64,000 nt of DNA from Antedon mediterranea. Taxonomy: Eukaryota > Animalia > Echinodermata. Numbering within the stretch: position 1 is the first letter of the stretch; each line of letters begins with the position of its first letter. A program made the translations under genes and the position numbers. The stretch covers positions 7,130,001-7,194,000 of the forward strand of contig NC_092671.1 in the NCBI RefSeq assembly GCF_964355755.1. Direction: 5' to 3'. Of this stretch, positions 42,901 through 53,068 are shown piece after piece. The notes beneath the pieces are model-generated. The model was not told where the DNA came from. It saw nothing but the letters and a program-made list of their open reading frames with translations, and ran no database searches.

Positions 42901-45150
42901 CATCTACATGAGAATGTGCAGCCAGAAAAATCACAGACACCTCCATTGTAACAAGGACTGTTGTCACTTGAGCACGGATTAGCAACTGGCTTAGCTGAAG
43001 AACACAATTAATACCAAAATGTAAATACTTATTTGTAAGAATTAGGGAATATTTGTTGTAATTTCTCAGTACTCTACTTCTGAAATACTAATTTATGCGT
43101 ACAGTGTTTCTTGAAGAGTAATATCTAATCGGATGATTGAAAAGTGCGTTAAAACACAATAATCTTTAAAACAATGCATAAGTTTTAATGTAAAAAAAGT
43201 ATTAAAACGACCACGAACCAGATTTACACTGACAAAAGTAGCCAGGGCCAAGTTTATCTGGAACACACGTAGCACCTTTTGGACAGTTGTGTTCTCCAGA
43301 CGTACATGCATCCACTGGTGGTTCTGAAAAAAAAATAATTGAATAAATATTCATTTTTTTTAATATCTTGATATTTTTTTTTTAATTCCTCCGCGTGTTC
43401 GTAAATCTGATCGGAAAGTAATATGTTTGTATCACTTCAATGCATCTTTTGACCATTACATCTATGTTATCTAAACAAGTTTTAGAAGAAGTTTTTAAAT
43501 TATTACACATCTTATCTCTCTTATGTAGTAGACCTAACTCACCATTTTCGCATACAATTCCAGAATAACCTGGTTTACAGATACACCTGAATGTACAGTC
43601 TGTGAAATCACAGACACCGCCAAACAAACAAGGACTGTTATTAATATCAGCACATGGATTATAAACTTCTTCAGCTACAAAAAACAAACAAAAAAATATT
43701 TTCAATTATAATATTTACATTTCATGTACCGTAAACTAACTTTTTCTAAAGTGTTTTATTATCCAATATTGTTTTCGATCTTCTGCTAAGATGATAAATA
43801 ATGAATATCGACGAATTCAAGTTTAGGTAACAAACATTTCTATAAAATATGGTCAAAAACATTCTTTATCAATGGCTTTTTATCAATTTATTATGTAAAG
43901 AACACAATAAAGGCTACGAACCAGATGATTCGCAGAATTTTCCTTCATAACAATTTGTACACTGACAAAAGTAGCCGAGGCCAACTTTATCCGGAATACA
44001 CGTTGCACCATTCTGACATTGGTGTTCTCCAGAAACACAGGGATTCACTGGTGGTTCTAAACATAGTATTATAAATAAATATGATTTGTTTATAATATTT
44101 TGAAAGAATATTACATAAGCAAATAGTTAATTCGAGTTAATAGTTAATTCGATCTGTTCAATAAATCGTTAGAAAAATTTTCATTTCTTTGTACTTTGTA
44201 AATTACCATTTTGACACTTGTCTCCTGTGAATCCTGATGGACAAACACATGATAATGTACAGTCAGTGAAGTCACAGTAACCTCCATTTAAACAATGGTT
44301 GCCGTCAATCCAGCACAGGTTAGAAACTAGCTTAGCTGTTGAACATAATTGAAAAAAAAGACTTTACAGTACAAACAATATCACATGCGCCACTATGCAT
44401 GCATCGACAGTAATGAATTAACACATGGATTAAAAACTTTAGCTGAAAAACAATTTTTTTACAATGAAATTAATTTCTATGAGAGTAAACTATGGTTCTA
44501 TTATTGCATTTGTTTGTTTGCAATTGTTTGTCTTCTCTTAAAATTGAATATTGCAGTTTTAAGTTGTATTCTTTCCGCATTATTTTCGATTACTTTTATC
44601 AGTTTAAATAGCAATAATGTATACAGTAAATATAAATAAAAGAATGTATTAAAAAAAATGTCGGAAATAGAGCTTTATGAACATCTTGTTACAAATAAAT
44701 ACTACAAACCTTTGTCGCAAAATTCTCCTCCATAACAGTTTGTACACTCACAAAAATATCCCTTCGGATCGCTATTGTCAGGAATGCAAGTAGATCTTGC
44801 CATACACAAATTATACAAACATGGATGTTGTGGAGGCCGCACTGAATAAAAGATCAGAGAGGGATAAGGATGAATACGATATTACCGTTGTCTAACATGG
44901 AATTCATATTCAGTGTAGTAGTTACATCATGTTGGAAAGGAACTTTAAATTCTTCAAACTTCGAAAATGTCCAATACAGCATTTCAAACAAACAAACATT
45001 TTCAAGCATAAATATATGTGTAATAAATAAAACAGTAACAACAAATTAAGCATCTTAGAAAAGTTATAATCTAGGCCTAAACTTACCGGCTTCCAGTACG
45101 GCACCAACAGTACCAACAGTCAGGAGAGAGAAGACAATCTTAAGGTACAT
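33994..45150 (-). CDS. Secreted cysteine-rich mosaic protein A (about 748 aa, 22 exons): signal peptide, 8 EGF-like, 4 NYCGGC modules, 3 antistasin-like, 1 TIL
   Basis: Exons: 45087-45150 (MYLKIVFSLLTVGTVGA), 44710-44841, 44207-44335, 43922-44056, 43543-43674, 43219-43323, 42866-42994, 42535-42625, 41935-41999, 41254-41376, 40860-40988, 39282-39383, 38751-38841, 38385-38455, 38054-38146, 37495-37585, 36676-36752, 35418-35510, 34930-35020, 34605-34681, 34272-34456, 33994-34035, total 2247 nt with compatible phases and GT-AG ends. Confidence 0.85.
35163..35288. mobile_element. TGTCTACACTA-family MITE (PIF/Harbinger-like)
   Basis: tctgtctacactctgtcaact ... agtttgatagtttagacaga inverted ends; same family as about 24347-24465, 51591-51757, 52101-52249, 53290-53418, 58992-59133 and a collapsed copy at about 1420-1458. 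Confidence 0.7.
36208..36630 (-). mobile_element. 3' fragment of an L2/CR1-group LINE in an intron of gene A
   Basis: HISPILYNLHWLPIDSRIKYKILLLTFKAL...LWNSLP...FKKELKTHLF is the typical ORF2 C-terminus; followed by an aagcgcc...ggcgct stem and an AT tail. Confidence 0.85.
36830..36942. mobile_element. Short internally deleted copy of the GACA-microsatellite (HINE/DINE-like) element
   Basis: Reverse-orientation match to both ends of 39796-40620 (tttttattcgcgtccaacccgactcta...ctatgtcggtc and tggccttgtt). Confidence 0.55.
37163..37448. mobile_element. MITE with TAA target duplication (PIF/Harbinger-like)
   Basis: taa|aggcccatttaaaactagggcgataacgatcgacgata ... tatcgtcgatcggtatcgccctagtgtaaatgggcct|taa. 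Confidence 0.85.
37811..37989. mobile_element. Palindromic MITE with about 50-bp TIRs
   Basis: agcgtggttcccattagaacgtaacgcaaggacgtaaacgcaacgcaag ... cttgcgttgcgtttacgtccttgcgttacgttctagtgggaaccaagct, flanked by TA/TAA. Confidence 0.85.
39796..40620. mobile_element. Helentron-associated (HINE/DINE-like) repeat with (GACA/GACC)n tracts, 3' module duplicated
   Basis: gcatagtgataccggaccgacagac...catagtgaactata occurs at about 39836-39920 and 40491-40596; ends agtcacttccacgcgactaaaaa. Classification is by resemblance only. Confidence 0.6.
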
Positions 45151-45195
45151 GATCGAGAACTTGTACAATACGAAATATGGCATCAGGCTCAACCA

Positions 45196-45596
45196 ATTGT
45201 TTATAACAGTTGATATAGGATGTAGGATCGGTCGTTTTAATCCTCGGGATTATCTTAAGTACTATTATTGATAATAATCAGTTGCATATGTAAGTATCTG
45301 ATCCGGATATTTAATATTATTTTGAACTTGACTTGATGTATTAATAATCTTTACTTTGGATCACACGACCAAAGTCTGTCTTATGCTTATAGAGAAATGT
45401 GGTTTTTTTTTCTTTCCACATTATGATTTTTTTTCTTTTAAATATCGGAAGCTGAGTTGATGAGAAACATTTGCTTTATAATAACTACAGTGAACTCTAG
45501 TTATTTATTGATAAGAGAAAGGGTGTAATTCACGAAAACTTTCAAAATAAAATTTGTGATCAGACGGTTAGATAAGATAGGAAGTAGGATCGTCTG
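45196..45596 (-). promoter_or_regulatory. Promoter of gene A with two ATAGGAWGTAGGATCG blocks conserved with gene B
   Basis: 45212-45230 matches 50758-50776; 45567-45592 (gttagataagataggaagtaggatcg) is identical to 51271-51296; TATAAA on the minus strand near 45200. Confidence 0.65.
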
Positions 45597-46599
45597 TTGG
45601 ATTGTCTTCGGAATATCTCTCTAGTAGTTCTGGTTTAATATTGATCATGAAGATAACACGAATAAAAAAAGTGATGACCAAAAAATAAATAAATATATAC
45701 AAATAAAACTTGACAAAACTATAGCCTTGTAAATTAAATACTCACACACGATCAAATTGTATTAGAATTATTTTCACTTTAATTTTAATTTGCACAAATA
45801 ATGATTATAATATGAGTAAATAAACGTGGTTCGATACATAAAAGAAATATATGTCTCACATTTTTTGAAAGTTTGTAAAGTAAAGTGTTAAAGTATTGTC
45901 ATATTAAACGTCTTACCCCTCTGGTTAATTAAGATGAATTAAGTGTGATTTCCAACGCAGCAACGTATTGACGGAAAGCACTGTATTGCAAAAACACAAG
46001 TGGGAACCGAAAGACGCAACAGTGCTGCAAACATCGCAGTGTTGACTAACATAACATAAATGTATTAATATCCTTGTAAAAAATATAAATGTATTAGTAT
46101 TTAATTAGAAGTAAAATTAATATGTACTTATTAAAGATTCCTTTAATTGTATTTACTTTTAAAATCGTAATTGATCGCCTCTTCCACAATAGAAGTAATT
46201 ACCGTCCATATGCAAATTCTCAATTAAACTAGAGCCCACACACTCCATAAAGTTATAATGTGCTTTGTGCTGGTTTGTAAGAGCAGTCGATTATCAACAA
46301 TTTGAAGTAGGCCCTAATGCTGTGTTGTAGCATGCAGATAATTATTGCTTTTAAGTTATAATGTTTAATTGTTATCAAAATTTAAAAATAATAACACTTA
46401 TTCAAACTAGACATGAAACTCGTCACTTGGGACGAGTTTGGTTATCCGCCCGCAACAAAACGTATCTTGCGCATTCAAGTACTTTTCAGTTATGACTTTT
46501 CCAAAAAGTAGCCTATTCGAAATTAAAACTGCCCTTTCAGTGTAATAATGTTTAATTTTTATCTAAATTAAAAAATAATAACACTTATTCAAATAAAGA

Positions 46600-48213
46600 C
46601 AAATTATTGTAGACATTCTTAAGCTATAATTGATCTGATCCACAAAATACTAAAGGCATTTGAAAACAAAGAGTTCGTAATTGCCACATTTATGGATTTG
46701 TCAAAGGCATTTGATATTATTGACCACAGTATATTACTGAACAAGCTATTCCACTATGGTATAAGAGGTGTTACACTAAAATGGTTCAGTAACTACTTAA
46801 AGTCACGAAAGCAATATGTTTTTATAAATGGTACTTCGTCTAATATTAAGGAGACTAGTATTGGTGTTCCACAAGGGTCCGTTTTGGGACCTTTGTTGTT
46901 TCTTGTATATGTAAACGATATATGTAACTCAAGTACACAAATTGAATTAATTAGCTTTGCCGATGATACAACAGGATTCATGTGTGGAAATAACCTGAAC
47001 GCATTGGCAAACACTATGAATGTGGAACTAGATAGAATTAATATGTGGTTCAAAGCTAATAAACTTTTATTAAACACCAGCAAAACAAATTACGTAATCT
47101 TTAAAACTGCCCAAAGGCGTATTATTACAACCAACATTGAATTAAAAATGAATAACATTACTTTAGAACAACAAAAAAATGTAACATTTCTTGGGGTTGT
47201 AATAAATGAGAACCTTTGCTGGAAAAATCATATAAGGCTTATTAGCAAAAAAACCGCTAGGTCTATTGGAATATTGATAAAAACTAGACATTTTTTTCCT
47301 AATTATATTTTAACAAATTTGTATAATACATTAATTCTACCGCACCTTCAGTATGGAAACATTATTTGGAGCAGTACATATGATAGTACACTAGAATCCC
47401 TTCTTAAACTCCAGAAAAAGACTGCTAGAATAATTTTATTTAAAAAGCCATGGCAACATTCTGAGCCACTGTTTAAGCAATTAAATATACTTAACATACA
47501 AGATATCAACAGAGTTACCGTCCTAGGTTTCATGGCCCAGATTAAAAGCAATGTTTTACCCAGACGAATCCAAATGATATTCAAAAGAAACGAAAATACT
47601 ACCCATAATCTTCGAAATATTTGTAGCGTAAAACAACCATACTCTAGGTTAACGTCTGGTCAACATTTTATCAGTATTCACGGACCGAAACTATGGAACG
47701 AGCTCTGTAGAAATCACTTAGATATTGTTAACAACAATTATAAAATACTAAAAAAATATGTAAAAAGAGACATTTTATCGAATTACAGAACTTAAAATGC
47801 TTCACTCATAAAATATAGATGCATATATTATGCATTTGTGTTGGTGTGTGCGAGTATACACACATAGCCTGTTTTATATTATATGTATTCATACTTTTGC
47901 TATAATATATATAGAAAGAATCCACATGTACTGGAAGTAATAAACTGAATATCTTCTTTTTTAAGACAAAATGTATAAATAATCATGTTAGAAAAACAGT
48001 ATCACTTTTTGATGATGAACAACTCTAAAATGTATATAGGAAATGTTTTTTTTTTTTTTTTTGTATCTATTATGTTGTGTTTATTGTTTTATGTTTTTTA
48101 TGTAAAAGGGTCCTGCGAAAACAGAAGTGTAAACTTCTCTATGCAGGATCATTTATGCTATGAAACTGTATTTATAAACGATGAGTAAATAAATGTGAAT
48201 TGAATTGAATTGA
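46600..48213 (+). mobile_element. 5'-truncated L2/CR1-group (Crack/Daphne-like) LINE: reverse transcriptase C-terminal part plus 3' UTR
   Basis: ORF 46692-47795 with DLSKAFD, GVPQGSVLGPLLF, FADDT and FLGV; the frame extends a little upstream (IIDLIHKILKAFE); ends aaataaatgt(gaatt)n near 48213. Confidence 0.92.
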
Positions 48214-48281
48214 AAGCTTCTCTTGTATCTCATTGTTTAGGTAAACATTTATTTTCTGAGAACTCGTATCGATGGTAAAAA

Positions 48282-50690
48282 CTATTGTTCGTCTGCAGTT
48301 TCAAGTCTGCATTCACTAAGAGAACCCTAAAATGAAATCAAAGCATCAAATTATTACTGTAAAATAATCGAAAGTGATTAGTGTATTTACAATACTGTAT
48401 AACAAACTTAAGTGAATAAGTAACAGTTGTAACGTAAGTAAAAAAATAGTAATTACTGACGCTACTGTATAATAATCGGTAACTTAAGTAAAAATAGTTC
48501 TTATTGGCAAAATGAACAGTGGTAACTTAAAAAAACACATTCTCATAGACTTAACTTACCTTAAGTCCAAGACATTTGCATCTGGAGGGGCGGACACATT
48601 GTTTTGAGTGGAGACGTGTGAGTATCGTACCTTTTGGGCATGTACATCCGGGTCGACACAACGCTTTGCAGACGATGTCTGGGTTTTTACACGTCGGTGG
48701 ACAAGCACTAGCACACTCGGAAAATACTAGGTCCCCATGACAGTCTGAAGTGTAAAACAATTATTAATAGTATGTTTAATCATTTAGTATTAAAAACTGC
48801 TCATTTTAAGAGCGTTTCGTTGATAGTTCTTTACTTACTTGTTTCCAAACATTCCTCGTCAATGTTTGAATTGCGATCATAAAAATCAACGAAACATCCA
48901 CCACAGTAATTTGGTCTGTTAAAACAAATAAGAAAAGCATTTTGTTCTGTATAGTCTGTTACAATGCATATATTGATATCTGAAAAAATGGCCTTTAGTT
49001 CACAGTTACAATAATGCCTTCATAGAGCAATATAATATTTGCATTACATACTTTTAAGAAAGGAAGAACGCAATGTGTAATTTGTAGAGTGAGGGTGGAA
49101 AAAGTTTACTTACACGCATGAGGTCAGTGGATTAGCAGAGCATGTGGTGCCATCACAAGGATTTCTTTTACATGCAAATGGTGGTCTGCCATCAAGACAT
49201 GGAGCTACAATATATTACATATTATTATTTAGCAGGTTATTATAGCACAATGAAAACAGAATTAGGATATAGTTAAAATAGGCGTGGTGGAAGGGCATTT
49301 TTTTCCTTTCAGTACGGCTTGTTTTTCGGCAGCCTGGAGTAAAGTTATTTTTTTGTGTTTTTTTTATTCAATATTTTACACAGAGGCGCCTCACAGGGTG
49401 GAACCACCTTAGCGAGTAAAGTTAATACAAATAATTAAAAGTTTTCACCAGTTCCACTAATCAACACCCTCGTTAAGTAGGGATACATGCTTCATTGTCG
49501 TTATCTTTTCTCCACGCTTTCGGCGCTTAATCTATGGATGTAGCACTTAACGGTGCCTATAATTCGCTGTTCATACCTGGGTTTGGGAGACATGTACAAG
49601 TTGGGCAACCTTCTGAAGTCACTTCGGTTCCAAATGGACAAGGAGCTGCACATCTTATTTGTGGACATACTAAAAACGAAACAGACTACATAAATATAAG
49701 TAGTATGTAATTGAATAGAATTGCGAAAATCTTTAGCCCTAAAAATAGTTAATAGCAGGTTGTAACGGCCTCCTCGGCCCGATTATTAAAATCATACTCA
49801 AAGAATAAAAATTTGTAGGCGGATTTACTAGAGGCCAAAATGTTAATAATAACTACAAATATGTATAGTAGACTGCGGTAGACCTTCTTCAATTTTACGA
49901 TTAATATTTATTTTTATATTAATATTTACTTACCAGCACAATTTACTTCTACTCCATTGGAATCGTAGAAAACTGCATTACAACCACCGCAATAATTGGA
50001 CCTAAGTAAAGAAAAGGTGTTTTTACTTTCGAAGGAAGAACCAGAATTTCAACATATGTTTCATCTAAGAAGTACAATGGTTGCAAATTCAATTTGTTTC
50101 AAAAAGCGTAAAATCGAAATACTAAAGCAGTTTCAACGTGCACTGTCAAAATTAAGAATTAACAAATTAATTAAGGCAAATTTCGAATCTTCATCATATG
50201 AATACAATGCTTGTATAATATTGTAAGACGAACGAAATAGTCAAACAATTCAAATGCTTTTAGGCCTACAAGTGTATAGGCCTACAAAACTTGAATCATA
50301 ATTACAAAACTGGAATCAGATATGGAGTAATATAAATATTTGCTCAATGTTTATCCACAGAACTATAATATCTCTATGGTTTATCGTACATAGTACCTGA
50401 CTTTAAGAAGTTATTTTTCAGTTTAAATTTTAATTACCGACATTGTGCATTCGCCGAATCTGCAGGACACGTGGCAAACATACATGGGTCAATTAGGCAG
50501 GCTACCACATCAACACCCTTTGGACATAGTGCTATAAAAAAGAGTAATTTATTAACAGTCGAAGCAAATATTAAAATGAATTGATATCAATATTAGAGAG
50601 AAAATACATCATTAAAATCTACTTACATTTTGCGGCACCAACTGTACCAGTGGCCAGGAGAATGAAGACAATCCTAAGATACATAATCAT
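48282..50690 (-). CDS. Secreted cysteine-rich protein B (about 238 aa, 8 exons): signal peptide, NYCGGC module, antistasin-like, NYCGGC module, TIL; short EGF-less paralogue of A
   Basis: Exons 50627-50690 (MIMYLRIVFILLATGTVGA), 50438-50531, 49934-50001, 49577-49669, 49114-49204, 48839-48915, 48560-48744, 48282-48326, total 717 nt in frame; the last five exons closely match those of gene A. Confidence 0.88.
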
Positions 50691-50909
50691 GTTAGGTGGT
50701 TGGTTAAACTTGAAGTATAATTGTTGCATCGGACAAAAACAAATGTTTATAAAAGCTGATATAGGATGTAGGATCGCCTGCTTTAATCCCTTAGATTAAA
50801 TCTTACAGTTGATAATGATCATTTGCATATTAAGTAGCTAATCCGGGTATTCCATCTACTTTGAACTTGTAGTATAATTTCATCTGGCACCCACAAAATC
50901 TGGCCAGAC

Positions 50910-51180
50910 GAGTGATTCAGGTAGGGGCGCCGCACCATGATAGCCAAACAGTCGCCACGGGTTTAAGTAGCTCTTCGATCATACCATGGTTCTAGTGGTA
51001 AAACAAGTTCTCTTGGATAAGACACGTGGAAAGAAGCTAGTGAATCTTTCGAAAGAGTAGGGTTATGAATAAATGTTGTCCACACCTGTGCCCAATTAAG
51101 CCCATTTAGGCTGCGAATACTTCCCACACAGTGTTTTTACATTTTTACACTGCGATGCTGTTTATTCTTTTACTTTTACC
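50910..51180 (+). mobile_element. Probable SINE fragment
   Basis: GC-richer block with ttctcttggataag and tcgaaagagtaggg, reminiscent of Deu/Nin-domain SINEs, ending in a (ttttac)n tail; it is absent between the matching promoter blocks of gene A. Confidence 0.4.
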
Positions 51181-51590
51181 GTTTTCCACAATATGTTGGT
51201 ATTTAAACAATTATTACAGGAATCAAAGTTAATTTTAAATATTTGGCTTAAGAAATATATTGATCACACAGTTAGATAAGATAGGAAGTAGGATCGCCTG
51301 GTTAATACTTGGATTATCTGATTAATATTGTATCATGTGACAGATATCATGAAGATACTTTAAAACGACTACTAAAATAAAACGATGGCCTTGTAGATTA
51401 AATCAAGTTCAACGTAATAATCTATTTTTATTAAAACAGTGAATGTTGGTGTCATCAATCTTATATTATATATCTCTTTGAACATCACCTGCCTTTCAGT
51501 TGACTAACATAATCAATAGACAAAAGGATACTGTAGCATGAGTGGAAGTGGAAGTATAAGTAATATGTGGTTAGGTTTAACTGTTCTTAA

Positions 51591-51757
51591 GCTTTGTCTA
51601 CACTATCAAACTTTATGTGTCAAAAAAATGTGATGTGCCCATATATGGACATGATGATGTTATATCACTACCATATTTAAGCATAGCACTACCATATATA
51701 GGCACATCAAACTTTTTTGACACATAAAGTTTGATACAATGATAGTGTAGACAAGGC
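51591..51757. mobile_element. TGTCTACACTA-family MITE
   Basis: gctttgtctacactatca ... tgatagtgtagacaaggc TIRs with internal gatgtgcccatatatggacatgatgatg. Confidence 0.8.
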
Positions 51758-52100
51758 TTTAGATCAAACAACATGAAGTATTTATTGAAAAAACTCAACA
51801 ACAATGGGCAGATCGGCTATTACTTGCCACGGAACTTACACAATTAAATAAAACTATTACTTCACCAGTACTCTTTTTGCCACGAAACTTCCACAATAGA
51901 ACTATTTATTATCCATCGCGTCGTGATTGGTTAAATTACTTCTTGTGTTGTGATCCTTGTGTGGGAATTAAACGCTTGGTTTCTACAAGTCGCTGTGATT
52001 GGTCAACACGATGTGCCTATACGACGTGCGTGTTTTGTCCAAAGATGATAAAACCTTAGAGCCTCCATCTTTGTGTAAATTCTTAATTGAACAGCCCAAA

Positions 52101-52249
52101 GCCCTATCTACACTATCAAAGTGTGATGAGCCCAAATATAGTAGTGATATCCCCAAATATGGTGGTGTTATGACATTATCATTTTCATATATCAGTATAT
52201 GGGCACATCACATTTTTTGTCCCATAAAGTTTGATAGTATAGACAAGGC
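52101..52249. mobile_element. TGTCTACACTA-family MITE, opposite orientation
   Basis: gccctatctacactatcaaa ... tttgatagtatagacaaggc. Confidence 0.75.
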
Positions 52250-53068
52250 TTTTAAAGATATCTTTTTTTGTAAAAAAAAAAAGTTCATAACGAGTATATA
52301 TTTTGAAGAAAAAAAAAACGGTTTCAGCCAAAACAATATGATTTCAACAGAAAGGGTTTTCTTAAAATAAATAAAATGTTCTATTGAAAATAGCGGCGCA
52401 ATACAATCTTTGCTTAAATGCGCGCCGTTGGGCGTAGGAAGTTTAATCGCGCCCGTATCAACGGATTCCCGTTGTCAAACAGAACACTACGCGCACAGTA
52501 CATGCGCTCGCGGTTGTTAATCGCGGTTTTGTTTTGGCAACGGCACCACATAAGAGAAGCGCTGTCACAACAACAGATACAAAATAATGAGCACCTTCTT
52601 CGACCTTTTTATTAACTATTTTCTAGTTTGTATCCATCAAAGTGAAGAAAGCAATAGAATATTATTGGTAAGTTTTGAATAACTGACTCGGGCAGGGCAT
52701 TCCAATGTTTTAATTATTCTGATTGAAAAAAGGTTTTTTCTGCACAAGATATTTGCTTTGAGTTGAGGCTTAATTAAAAACTTCTGACTCGTTACCTCCT
52801 AAGCTAACATATTAACACGTACTCTGTGATGTGTCACGTATTAAGAATGTTTGTCTTGAGCTTTAAGTTTCAGAGGCCTGCATTTTGTACATTTTATATA
52901 ACAAAAACATCTTTAAAGAGTATTAAAGTTAATGCAATATGTATTTAGAATAAAATCCTACTTTATTGAAACTAATATGATCGGATTTATACATCCTGGA
53001 AACAGTTTTATAGTTGACTTTAAGTCTATAAATTTAATATTGTCTCATAAAATAAGACGCGCTATAGA

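Noticed and set aside
52587-52667. ATG-initiated segment ending in a strong donor (ttg|gtaagt) upstream of gene C
   Set aside because: Splicing to 53068 puts it out of frame with the signal-peptide exon; more likely a 5' UTR exon with an upstream ATG, so not included in the CDS.
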